Origin: Vicugna vicugna
Taxonomy: Eukaryota
Direction: 5' to 3'
Assembly (NCBI GenBank): GCA_013265495.1
Contig: MU058531.1
Location: 1,300,911 to 1,364,910, forward strand
Length of the DNA stretch: 64,000 bases
Shown: positions 11,601 to 24,143 of the stretch, piece by piece
Position numbering within the stretch: the stretch's first letter is position 1
How the letters are laid out: each line of letters starts with the position of its first letter
Program-made: the position numbers and the translations under genes
Notes under the pieces: generated by a model
Database searches by the model: none
What the model saw: the letters and a program-made list of their open reading frames with translations, nothing else
What the model was told of the DNA's origin: nothing

Positions 11601-13494
11601 GAACCAATAGCATGTGTGTGGCTGCTATAGAGTGGGGACTTTATCTTCTACTTTTCCTGTTTCCCATTACACCACGCATGCTACCTGGGCATGGTCCACA
11701 GTCTGTTTTGTTTAGCTTCTTGTGGCATTAGTGCATGGTTTTCATATTTGGATTTTCCAACAAAAACTGCCAACTCTGGAAGATGAGGAGAAAGCACAAA
11801 TTCTCCAGTTTCTACCTATGTAATACAGGTTTTCTTTCGGTTCTTCTGAAAGAAAATTTTCTTTGGGACATAATGAAACCCCAATTTAATTGTCCCTTTT
11901 TTAAGGGGAAAACAAAAGATTCTAGAAGTAGAAACAATCCGTTTATAAGCCATGGTTATGTTTGTGTTCGCAATAGCTATTTAAGGTCTAGAGGAGTAAG
12001 TGGCAGTTTAACTGCTGAAGACATTCTGGCCTGGAAAACCCATTGGTAGTCATCAAGCCCCTCTGCTGAGAGAGAGTGAGCATGGCAGAAGTGTGGTCAC
12101 GGATCACATGGGTGCAGCCTTTCTCATCCACAAAACAGTAGAGTAAATGACGGAGGCAGGTGCTCAACCTAGTGTCTGAGGAGTCTGCAGTGCTAATTTC
12201 TGTGTACTTTCTGGTCCTTGGATTTCTGTGTATTTTTTATTTGTTTGTATTTATATTGGGGCTCATAGGCAAAAACTACCCTACTTGCAAAATATTCCCT
12301 TATTTGTATTGATAAAATAGTACAGCGAGCAGTGTTCCTCAGTCATTGGTTGGGTCATGGATGTTACTGGTTTCTTAGGTATGAGATGGGGCAGGTGTGT
12401 GATTTGGGATCCGTGTTCAGTAGAGAAGTGAAGTGGCCGAATGGGACAGGAGGAAAGTGAGAAGTTTCGGGTGACATTGAGGTACCCCATAATTTCCATC
12501 TTGACTTTGGCATGTAAAAAGAATATCTTATTAAAATAACTTTATACACAGGCTGCAATTTTATGATACTATAAGTAAAGAATGAGTAAACAATAGTTCT
12601 TATTATGAAAACTCGTAATAAAATACCATTCAAGTTTGAAATAAGTAAAGCTTTATTATTGGTGAGCAGAGTCAGGCTTCTGGTCCAGTTCCTTCTGGAC
12701 TCTCTGGTCAAGTGAAGAAGGAGGAATCAAGTTAAGGAGTGTATAAAATAAGTTTGGATGCTGATAAGTGCAGTGAAGTGATATGGTAGCAGATGTGTGT
12801 CAGGATATTGCAGCAGAATGGAATGCCAGAGAAGGAACTAGAAATGTGTTTTCTGAACTTTCCAAAGCTGTGAGCCCGAGGCCTCCTCAGGCAGGGATGA
12901 TAGCTCTGGGGCGCGGCTGCAGCAGAGCTGTGTCGGGGTGGCAGGTAGGGACCATGAGTGGCTCTCCCTGCTTCCATGCGATGAACCAAGTGACTTCACT
13001 TTTCTTTCCGAGTGCTCTGCAAATGCACTTCAGCTGGCTCTTTCTCAAGTCAGATAGGTTTGTGCTCCCCTATTCTTCCATTGAGAAATTCTGGCGCTAA
13101 CGCTGCCTGGCTTCCCTGTGGATGTAGAAACAAGGGCCAGAATGACAAGCAGGACTTCGGACTGCAGCAGCCCTTGGTGTTCTTAGCACAAATGAGTTTT
13201 CCCTTTAAATGATCACTTAATGCTAGATGAACTAAGTCCACATTAACCATGGTTACAGTCTGTGAGGTAATTCTGCCAACCTAACAAACCTAAGGAAATA
13301 AACTTGTTCACACAAATAATTATTGAATTCTTTAAAGTAAATAATTAAATGTCAGGCACTTTGCTAGCCATTGGAATAGAGTGGTAAAGAAGACAAGTTT
13401 GGACCTTAAATTCTGTCCGGCAAAACTCATAAGCCAAGAAGAAGTTTCTGCAGGTGTGTTTGGAGCTTGCTTTTTCTTTTCTGTGTGAACTCGT

Positions 13495-14235
13495 CTACTC
13501 TGAGACTTCAGCTGCCTATGCGGATGTCTCCTAAATCTTTACTTCTGGCATAGGCCTTCTGAGCCTCAGAATCCCACTGGGCATCCACTTAGATGTCCTG
13601 AAGCCACCTGGGGCTCAACATGTATAAGAGTGAGTGACAGGGATGCCAGCGCTTCGCTGCCTGCCTGCGACCCTCTCTCCCCTCACTAACAGACCGGGAC
13701 GGAGTTCTCTCTGGTCTTTGTGGTATCTTGAATCTGTCCCTTCACTCCCATCCCCATGGCCGTTCTTGCTCAGGCCCTCATTCATTCTCTGAGTCTCGGC
13801 AGCTCGCTCCTACCCTGTGTCAGTGGTCATCACTTACAGGGGCTTACTCACTCTCCAGCCAACCCAGAGTTGCCTAAAGGTACCCTACTGCCCTCAGGAT
13901 AAGTGAAAGCTTCTTAGCTGTGACTGGTTTCTGCCTGTCTCCTCCGCCACCACCTCTCTCCCTCTCTCTCCCTCTCTCTCCCTCTCTCCCTCTCTCCCTC
14001 TCTCCCTCTCCCTCTCCCCCCTCCCTCTCACATAAGTAACAAGTACACACTTGGTTCAGCTGCTTGCTCTGCTTGGAATGAACTCCTGTATGCCTGGCCA
14101 GCAGTTACCCATCCTTTAAAACTCGTCTCCTCCAAGATATGCCACCCACCTGCTCCGACAGGCAGATTTGCATTAAGTGCATCCTTAGTACCTGGTACTT
14201 GAGTGCTCAATAAAAGCTTAGATGAATAAATAAAT
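13495..14235 (+). mobile_element. L2 LINE relic in gene-sense orientation
   Basis: gcatccacttagatgtcctgaagccacct...ctcaacatgt L2 body, ending cctggtacttgagtgctcaataaa...gatgaataaataaat. Confidence 0.65.
13952..14027 (+). repeat. Pure C/T (CCCTCT-type) low-complexity microsatellite
   Basis: About 76 nt of uninterrupted pyrimidines (cctctctccctctctctccc...). Confidence 0.9.
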
Positions 14236-17084
14236 GGCCAATCAGTTGATTATTTTAGTGTGTTTTTCCTTTCAGCAATTGAAATGCAGTAATCGGTAGC
14301 TTGAAAAGCATGTAGACAATGTTGGTTAGGAATTAAGAATTTTGCAAAACTGTCTTCTAGAATATAGGTGGGAGCTTTGTGGATCTTGGGGAGGGAGAGG
14401 GAGAGACGCAGGATGGGGGAGGGTGGAGATTGGCGGTTCTAAATTAAGGGATGCTCTCTCTCTGGCACCAGGGTCCTGAGAAATTTTTTGAGGTTGCTTA
14501 GAATGTATTTGCTGGTGGTTGTATAGGTTGTTAACTTAAAATGAAAGACTTTTCACTTAAACTAAGAACAAAGGACCTTTGTTCCAGCAGCTAAAATGTG
14601 CAGAACACAGTGCATTGGTTCTTAACTCTTTTGTGGTTAGAGGCCCCTTTAAGAATCTGATGATCCTTTCCTTAGAAAAAAGGGAAGGATATAGACATTG
14701 AATTCTGTAGTACAGGAAAGGAAAGCTTTCTTCTTTCTGCCCTTTCAGAGATTATGGCAGTAATCTTTTAACTAAGAATGAATTCTATGGGAGAACATTG
14801 TACTTAGTTCTTAACTTATGCAAAGAAGGGTTAATTGATAATTAAATATAGTTGATGTGACAATTAAGGGATTTGCTTCTTTTATGTAGTAATGTGTAGA
14901 AATGAAGAAATAATTTAATCATACGATGATAAAATTTAAGTACTAAAATCACTTGCTGTTTTCTGAACTAGTATTATACATACACAAGTATTTAATTAAA
15001 ATTCAAGGAACTCTTGATACGTGGATGCTCAGTGTTTAACAGCCGTGTGCCACATGTGTGCGCTCAGCGTGCTGTCTCCCAGCAGCACCTGAGAGCCCGC
15101 AGCAACACGCACCTGCGGGCCTTGTCGTCCACCTGCCGAGCCTCAGTCTCTGGGGAGAGGGCCAGACGTCTGTGTCTAAACGGCACCTCTTCAGGTGATT
15201 CTGTGCTGCACCGAAGTTTGAGGAGCACCCTTTGGACCAGACATTTATAATACCAGTGTCCCTTGAAGTAGGCAGTTTGTACCTTTAGTCAGACAGTAAT
15301 TGGAATAAGCACTAGTCACATTAAAATAATGGCTGTTATTTGTTGAATGTTTGTCATATTTGGGGTTCGTGGGCTTTACGTGTGTTGCCTTCTCTAATCT
15401 TCCCAAGCGCCCTTCTAGTCAGGTGGCGTTACTAAATCAAATGTTTGTCAGCACCTGCACTGTGCCAGTCATTACCCTGGCCAGCGGGGAGACAGCAATA
15501 AACAAGACAGACATAGTCCGCCCGCCTAGAATTTATGTGCCAATAGGAGAGACAGACAAAAAGCAAGTGAATAGTATAATTTTAGATTTGTGTGTAACAC
15601 ATGCTATGAAGAAAAATAAGACAGAGTAAGGTCTTGCTTGGAAGTTACCATTGAGCAGAGGCCATAACAGGAAGGAGTAAGCTATGAAAAGGTTTGAGGG
15701 AAGAGTATTTCAGATGCTTCTTCCAGTGCTGTTCACAGAGACAAGGCTCAGGCAGGTTAAGTAACACAGCTGGTAAGTGCTAGAGCTGGATTCTGAATCC
15801 TGAATGTCTGACTCAGGTACGTCTTCATAATACATCATGACGTTTTCTAATTGTATTTTTTTCTTCCTGCTAGTCTGCATTTTTAAAAATTTCTCTAAGT
15901 AATATGTGAATTTTAAAATACACATATATGATAAGCCTCTTCTATGTTTTCATGACTGTATGCCTGTCATTATATACTCAATCAGGATCTGAGTTCATTA
16001 ATTCTGAAAGAATAGCCCTTACAATCAGGATATAAATTGAATTTTCTAATAATGTATTCTTTATAAAATTTTATTTTTGGAATCAAGACTTGCTTTTAGA
16101 ATAATAAAGGCCTAAACAGAAATTATATATAAAGTTTATACATTTAAAGTGGATGCAAATATAATGTTGTAGGGTTGTAGTGAAAATAAGGTCATTGGTA
16201 TGACTGATGTTACATGTTTCAAATATTATTTGGCAGAAACTAGTCATTCATTCATGAAAGTGATTGCAGTGTTGGTCATGATGATTCTTTTTAAGCGAGA
16301 AAGAATAATGACCGGCCTTAAACAATGTGGGTGTCATCTATTAGTGATAATGCTAAGAAGAATGGTATCAGATGTAGCTTTTAGCTTTTGAAACTATACA
16401 TTAGATAGTAAAGAATGTTTCAACAGTTGAGCAAAAATTCATAGTGGCCATTAAAAGTCAAAACTAGGGAATAACAAATAAATGAAATTGTCTTCTATAT
16501 TGGCTTCTGAGAATAAATTATATCTAGTTCAGAATGAGTTACAACTCGTACCCAATGATGAATTGAAAAAAAAATACATAACTAAAAAACAAAAGTATTC
16601 AGAATTAGAAATCATGGTCAGTGTACTGGTGTGTATAAGACTGCAGCACAAGGGTTGAATGTACACATTATGAACAAGTGCAGACCAACCAATGTAGAAG
16701 AGAGACGATTATTTCCATTTGGATATTTTGAAGATGTTTCATAACTACTGGTGTTTTATAACATACATATTTTTACCAGACTACCATATTACATCAAAAA
16801 TTCAAAAACCAGTGAACAAAGTTATATTATGTCAGAATATTCAACCACTGACATTTCTTTACTCCATTAACAGAAAATGGTCATTTTGTTTTAGAAAATG
16901 ATTTAGTTTATATTGAATTAACTCATTTTAATTGTCAAGAAAGTTACTTGTAAACTCAGAATCTTTTCCCTTGCTTTAGTTGAAAATGTAGGCTGATTTC
17001 TAACTTGACTGCAGTAGTACAGCCGTAGGTCCTAAAATCACGGCTCCCTTTGCTGTTCCTAACCCTTGTGTTAGGAACACAATT

Positions 17085-19000
17085 TGTGTTTCCACAAATA
17101 TTTACCGTGCACCTTCTCCGGTACTATTCTGGGCACCTGGGATGCATCAGGCAACATGGTAGGCAGTGAGCCATGGTGTGTATTAGCAGATGATAAAAGG
17201 AGACGGTCAGGCTGCATAAGGGGAATTGGGCCATCAGTGAGAAGGTGTTACAACATAAGTAAGCCTGTGTTCAGGGTAGGCCTCATCAGGAAGGTGGCAT
17301 TTGAACAGACTTAACGGAGGTAAAGGAGTCAGCCAGTCAGATGCTGAGGGAAGAGTGTTTCGGGTGAAGGGAATGGTGAGCAAAGGCTGGAGGCAGAAGG
17401 TGCCTGGCACGTGCAGAGGTGGGCAAGGGCCAGAGTGGCTGCACAGCAGTGAGTGCCGGCATCCAGGGAGGTGATGGGGGTGGGCGGGGGCCACAGACAC
17501 AGCACCCAGTCCTTGTCGGGCCCTTTTCAGGATTTTGGCTCTTATAATCTGAGAGAAATGAAAACCGATTTCAGGCAGGGTATTGAGTAGAGCAATGACA
17601 TGACCTGCTGTGTGTTTAACAGCATCACTCAGACTAGAGAAAATAGACCTGTGAGAGGAGGCTATTACAGTAAGCCAGGCAGGAGGTGGTGATGACTTGC
17701 ACCAAGGTGGTGGGTGGTAAACGAGGTCAGATTCTGCTTATATTTTGAAGGTAGAGCCAGATTTGGTAATGAACTGTGTGTGGGTCATAAAAGAAAAAGG
17801 AGTCAAGGATATCATCAAGACGTTTGGCCAGAGAAACTTGAAGGATAGAGATGTCATCAAATTGTTTAGGAAAGGCTGAGGGTGGATGACCTGGAGGTAG
17901 TTCTTTGGAAGTTGAATGTAAGTTATGAGACTGCACATGGAGATGTCCAGTAGGGAGCTGGACACAAGAGTCTGGAGATTATCAGCATTGATCATATCTA
18001 ATCAGTGAGAGCACCGAGGGACTGAGTGCAGATGGAGAAGAGGACCGAGGCCTGAGGCCTGGGCGCTGAGGGAGGAGCCTACCAGGTGGGAGGAGAACAA
18101 AGTGTGGGATCCCAGGAAGCAAAGCAGACACAGAGAGTCATGGAGGAGGAGGGGTCAGCTGAGCCAGCTGTGTTGAGTAAGATGGGACGGAGAAGGGGAC
18201 CACCAGCTCAGCGGCGCTGAGGTCATGGATTACCTTGTTGAGCACTTTCAGTGGAGTGGTAGAGGGTAAAAGACTGAGTGGGTGTGAGAGGATGGAAATT
18301 TTAAATTTCTAAAAAAAAAAAAATTTTAAATTTCCTCGTTTTGATAATTGTACAATAATTATGTAAGTATTTCACATTAATGAAGGTTAAGAAAGAGTGA
18401 AAAAGAATGGGAAGAGTGGAACTAGAGAGAGTATAGGTCCATAGCTCTGCAGTGGAGCGACAGCTGACCAGGGAGGTCGGGTCAACAAAAGCTTTTTTTT
18501 TTTTAAGATAAGGAAATAACATGCTGGAATGTTGATGGTGATCTTCAGTAGATCGTGAAGACTGACACAGGTGAGAGGCAGAGGCAGTGGAACGGTGTTG
18601 TTCTGAGGTCGTTGGGAGGGGATCCAGTGAACAGAGAAGAGACTGTCACTGAAAGTTCTGGAAACAGGCAGGAGCACAAAGTATAGATTCTAGTGAGGGG
18701 GTAGGTGTGGTGGTGTGAATTGTTTCCTTTTTTTTTCTTTTTCCCTTTTGTTTTCAGTAAAACAGGAAGTGAGGTCATCTGTGGAAAGTGGGGATGGGGA
18801 GGAGAAGTGGGAGTTTGAGGAGAGAGGAGAAAGTGTGAAGTATTGGTGAAGAACATAAGGACCTGGGGCCTTGAGTGTGGCTGCCTGGCAGGTGAAAGAC
18901 CCATTTTTGAGGGTCATGGTCATGAATTTAAGGTGAGACACCAATCAGCATGGTGCATGTTTTTTTCCCACAGTGTTCAGCTGTAATCCTGTAGGAATGT
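17085..19000 (-). mobile_element. Long L2 LINE relic
   Basis: Starts ccacaaatatttaccgtgcacc...ctgggcacctgggatgca and includes gaaggtggcatttgaacagactt and ggagatgtccagtagggagctggacacaagagtctgga. Confidence 0.7.
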
Positions 19001-19844
19001 AGAGTTGGATTCGGCCAGGGTTAATAGTGTAACTGAACAAGTGTGACGAAAGAAGAAAGAAAGAAGAGGTGAGCAGAGAAAAACAGTGTCAAGAGTATGT
19101 GTGAGGAGCGATTATTCTGAGTGATCATGGAATTTATGTTGCTAAGAGGGAGGAAGGACGTCACTGCACTCACTGAGCTACCAGACTCCCCCAACCTTGG
19201 AGTCCCACTTGACTCCATACGCCTGTCTGTGGAAGTGAGGTGACCTTTCCAGCCTTCCTGGACCTTGTAGTCCCCTGGCCTACTTGGTCTCAAGTCCGCC
19301 TACCAAGCTTCAACCCCAAGACCGTGTCCTGAGCCTGTCTGAGAAGCTCTGCAGGCTGTGCTGCCTGTTCCTCTGTCCTGCAAAACAAGAGTCAAGCATG
19401 CTCCTCAGTAGGAAGTAATGCTGTCCTTAGTGTTTTCCATGAAATTGCAACTCATGCAGGCTTCTGAAAGAAATGTGCCATGTAGAACATAAGAGAAATA
19501 GAGATGTTCATTAGTTCCTTACATATAAAACCAGGAAATACTGTCTCAGGGAAGCGAATTACAGCTCTTCTGGAAAACGTTAAAAAAAAATGTCAGTTTC
19601 ACATGTAAATATGTATCAAAACAGCAAACTGATACCTCTTCTCTTTGCAGATGACCACAGTTTACTTATGAACTGTTAGCAGGTAACAAATTTTTCAAAG
19701 GCAAACTTTCAAATGAGTGTTATCACAAAGGGCACATAAAGAGAGTGTGCTTAAGGAAAGAAGAGAAAATGCACTTCCTGGTTGACAGAGAAAAATAACA
19801 CATTCAGATAATTTTAACAAAGGAAGTCAGCAATTGATCATTTT

Positions 19845-20344
19845 TTTTAAACTGAAGTATAGTTGATTTAGAATATTAGTTTCTAGGGTACAGTAATCTG
19901 ATTCAGTTTTGTATACATATATGTATATAAACACACAGTATATATACATATATAGTTTTTCAGACTCTTTTCCATTGCAGGTTATCACAAGATATTGAAT
20001 ATAGTTCCCTGTACTATACAGTAGGACTTTGTTGTATATCTATTTTTATATATAGTGATTTGTATCTGCTAATCCCAAACTCCTAATTTATCCCTCCCCC
20101 TCACTTTCCCCTTTGGTAATCGTAAGTTTGTCTTCTATGCCTGCGAGTCTCTTTCTGTTTTATTAGTAAGTTCGTTTGTATTATTTTTTAGATTCCACAT
20201 ATAAATGATATCATATGTTTATCTTTGTCTGACTGACTTCACTTAGTATGATAATCTCTAGGTCCATCTATGTTGCTGCAAATGGCATTATTTCATTCTT
20301 TTTTATGGTTGAGTGATATTCCATAGATACACCACATCTTCTTT
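19845..20344 (-). mobile_element. Cetartiodactyl-type L1 3' end with TSD
   Basis: Poly(T) then actgaagtatagttgattt...gttccctgtactatacagtagg...gttgctgcaaatggcattatttcattc. TSD agcaattgatcatttt (19829-19844) / agcatttgatcacttt (20345-20360). Confidence 0.85.
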
Positions 20345-22655
20345 AGCATTTGATCACTTTTAATAAACAGAACATTTTAATAAACAGATCAGTAACACCA
20401 CCAAGGACAAGAGAAGACTGTTATTGTTTTATTATCAGTGATAGGAAAATTGGTGCTCAAGAAGAGACATTTGTGAGGTCACTTTATGTCCTCAAAGCTA
20501 GGAAGCTAGTTCTCTGATGTATAAGAGAAGTGGGTGGACATACATTCACGACAGCAACAACAGTGGGCCTGCACCTGTTGTGAAGAGTCCTCCCACCCCG
20601 CCCCACCCACAACTTTGGAAATAAAGTAGGATAGACTTTAATGGTTAAACTATGAAGTCAACATGTAGTAGTGCTTCAGAGCGGGTATATGCAAAGTGAT
20701 CAGGAAGAGACACAGCAAAGTAGCTTCTAGATAGTTGGGACTGTGCTGGAGTTGTATTAAACATACAAAGTTAAGGAAGAAGTGTATGATGGAGGAGCAT
20801 TGGTCAGTCTTGGACCATTGACCCCAGAAAAAGAATTATACATGTAAAGGTAGGCAGTTCCCATTGGGGTGAAGCAGTATGTCGTAAATAATCATGCTGG
20901 AGTTGCAAGACTATCTCTAAGGTGGACATGGCTGCAGAGGATTAATCCACAATAGACATTTCAAGTTCTGTTAACAAGATCTTCTTGTTTAAGATCACGG
21001 TCTGATGACATTCAGTATTTACTATAATTCTTCTTGTTATGACTTTATGCTCCTCCAGCAGCCTGATTTATAATGATAACTCATATTTATTAAATATAAA
21101 TTATCTGACACTTGCTTATACATTTTACATATATTATCTCAGTTAATCCTCACAAGAACCCTGTGAGATGGGTACCCTTGTTATCTCCCTTGTACAGAGA
21201 CACACAAAGTGAGTAATATGCCTAATGGCAGAACTAGGGTTCAGATCCAGCTGTCTGCCACAAGATTATCTTTTATCTGTAACAGCTGTGCTGTACTACC
21301 TGGGCTTCTCATGTAAATCGGCATCATAGAGGAGAGCGCATTAATTCCATATTCTTTTGAGTATGTTTTGTCCTGTGGCAGTGATTTCCCAATGATGAGT
21401 AATAAAGTGACTTCTGGTTATGATTTGGCAGAGTGCCAAATCCTGGAATGGGCAGCCTGACTGAAGTACTAGCCAGTAAGGATTTTGTGGCCAGGATTTC
21501 CCAGTTATCTTTTGGCTGCTTCAGTGAGAGAGCTTTGCAAAGAGTCCTGGTGCTAATCTCCCAGAGATTCTGATTTAATTGGTCTGGGATGGGGCCCATG
21601 AATCTGTTCTTGTTAAGTCTCATTGGTGATTGTAGTAGCCATGTAAATTTGAGAACCATTGCTGTAGATTACACAATGACTCTTTCTCTGTTAATTTGCA
21701 TAACAAGTTAGTTCAAATCGAAGACGCGGTAAAAAGAAAGATTTCACTTAGTAAGCGTTAGACAGAAGTTTAATGATGGTTGTTATGAGCTACATATAAA
21801 AATCAGTTGAAAGTACAAAATCTGCCTGAGACCAGATGGTTTTGACTTTAAGATGCGTTTCATGGTGGTTTGAATTTTAGGCCTTGAGCTCACATCCAGC
21901 CTGAGGATGGATGCTGGTCTGCTCCACTTGCCCAGGCGCTCCAGCACTGCGTCCTCCCTTGCCAAAGGGTGATGATGACAGTGCATTCTTAATCCATGCA
22001 AAGCCCTGAGCCCAGAGCCTGACATTTGGTTAGTGCTCAGTAAATGTTAGCACTTGTTGCTGTTTAAGTGTTTTTCCAACTGGGGATTATCTTTGGTGAA
22101 GCTGACTCTCTTTCTGACCCAGGTGTTTCTTGGGGCTGCAGCATCTCTCTGTAGAGTGGCTGGTGAGAATGAACACTACTTGGTTTCAACACACAGTCTT
22201 AACTGCAGACTAGGACCTTTTTAACATTCTCGGACCAGTTGAGTCAACCAGTACAGTAGTTGAGCAATTAGATAGCTTTTCATTAGATCATTAAGATAGT
22301 TTAAAAATGTGTTTTACAGCTAGGATAAACCAAATTATAAACTGAGAATCAAAGGTCAGTTTTGTAGTGATGAGTTTCTTCAGCGTTTAAGAGAAAGCAA
22401 ATCCTCATTTTACTTCTTTCAGTTTCACTGAACTTGCCTGGATTTCCTCAGGTTCTCATTTGTATAAGGTTGTAATTTATTTAACAGCTTTTAAAACATG
22501 AGATATATTTTCTCGAGGTTTGTTTTTTTTTTTAAGGAATATATAAGCCACTTAAAAGGGCTATTTTGTATAAAATATTCAGTTTAAACGGAGGTCTGAT
22601 TCTGCAAGTGGACTTAAGGCTCCCAAGTTAGGGGGTAAGGCATTCTTTTTCTGTA

Positions 22656-22778
22656 TATTTTATTTATTTATTTTTTAATGAGTTTATTTACTTTTTTTTT
22701 AATGGAGGTACTGGGGATTGAACCTAAAACCTCATGTATGCTAAGCACATGCTCTACCACTGGGCTATTACCCCCCCC
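22656..22778 (-). mobile_element. Camelid tRNA-derived SINE (vic-1-like)
   Basis: Minus strand reads GGGGGGGTAATAGCCCAGTGGTAGAGCATGTGCTTAGCATACATGAGGTTTTAGGTTCAATCCCCAGTACCTCCA plus an A-rich tail, with pol III A and B boxes. Confidence 0.85.
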
Positions 22779-23175
22779 ATATTATTTTAGACCTATAGAT
22801 ACAAAACTAGAAGAAAATATGTCATTTAGGCACGCACTGGTTAAGAAAATGGGCACTTGATTCAAATCCTGGCTTTCATCGCTTACTGGCTCCATGATTT
22901 TTGACAAATTTCTAAAGGTCTCTACTCAGTTTCTTCATCTGTAAGAGTCCTAATAATATTACCGAGTTAATAGAGTTGTAATGAATATTAAGTCATTAAA
23001 TTGTGTTGAAATATATGTGGAAGCATTTGGGGCAGTGCCTGTTACATACCTTTTAATCATTAGTGATTATGATGGTGACATCCACCACCCAATCATCTGC
23101 ACAGAAAAGAAAACTAGAGTTACAATATATTTTATCATCTTAAATTTTTCTCTTAAACTATTTGAAAACCTTTTT

Positions 23176-23423
23176 TTTTTTAACATTTTTATTGGTTTAT
23201 AATCATTTTACAATGTTGTGTCAAATTCCAGTGTAGAGCACAATTTTTCAGTTATACATGAACATATATATATTCATTGTCACATTTTTTTCTCTGTGAG
23301 CTACCATAAGATCTTGTGTATATTTCCCTGTGCTATACAGTATAATCTTGTTTTTCTATTCTACAATTTTGAAATCCCGTCTATCCCTTCCCACCCTCCG
23401 CCCCTTGGCAACCACAAGTTTGT
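23176..23423 (-). mobile_element. Young lineage-type L1 3' end
   Basis: Poly(T) then aacatttttattggtttataatcattttacaatgttgtgtcaaattccagtgtagagcacaatttttcagttatacatgaac. Near-identical in reverse complement to 46795-47025. AACCTTTTT occurs on both sides. Confidence 0.85.
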
Positions 23424-23844
23424 AACCTTTTTAATTGAAGATAGTTTTGAACCTTAGCCTTTAGAAAAAAAATTTAATTCTTTTAATGTAACACTTGATG
23501 TAGGAATGTTAATTCCTATGCCCTGTGGGATAGTTTGTCTGTCATGTTTACGTGGTGGTCAGATTTAGCAGAGATGCTGAAGGTGTTTTGGGGGATGGTA
23601 TTTCTATATTACATTCTTTTCCTTTGTAAAGTTAAAACATTTTTTAAATTTGATAAAATCTGTGATTTCATATCAGGAAACCTGGATTTAAGTCTCTGTG
23701 CTGCCATTCATCAGGGGAGGAAGGTTGTCTGGCCTGTAAGAACCTCTTCTCCTTCATCCACAAAAGTAGAGTAAGATACTGTATCTCCAGTGTTGGTGTG
23801 AAAGATCAGTCATCTCCTGATGGGGCTTTCTGTCTCCTTCTGTT

Positions 23845-24143
23845 CAGCACTGTTCAGTAGACATAACATGTGACCCACCTGTGTAAGTTTAAATTTCCTA
23901 GTACCCACATTTAAAAAAAAAATGAAGTTAATGTTAATATATTTCATTTAATCCAGTATGTCTAAAATATTATCACTTCAGCATGTAATCAGTATAAAAA
24001 TCATTAATGAGATTTTTTTTTGTGCTAAGTCTTTGACATCTGGTGTGTGTTTTACACTTACATCACATCTCAGCTTGAACGAGCAACATTTCAGGTGCTC
24101 AGCAGCCACATGTGGCTAGTAGCTGCCATACTGGACAGTCCAG
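23845..24143. mobile_element. MER3/MER33-like hAT-Charlie element
   Basis: cagcactgttcagtaga...acatttcaggtgctcagcagccacatgtggctagtagctgccatactggacag. An oppositely oriented relative lies at ~29905-30225. Confidence 0.7.

Noticed and set aside
22366..22410. TGATGAG…GAAA with a weak hairpin (hammerhead-like)
   Set aside because: The core reads GTGATGA rather than CTGANGA, and stems I and III cannot be formed.
22704..22778. tRNA-Ala gene-like sequences (also ~40062, ~44403, ~60900)
   Set aside because: They have degenerate stems, AT-rich tails and TSDs, so they are SINEs rather than tRNA genes.
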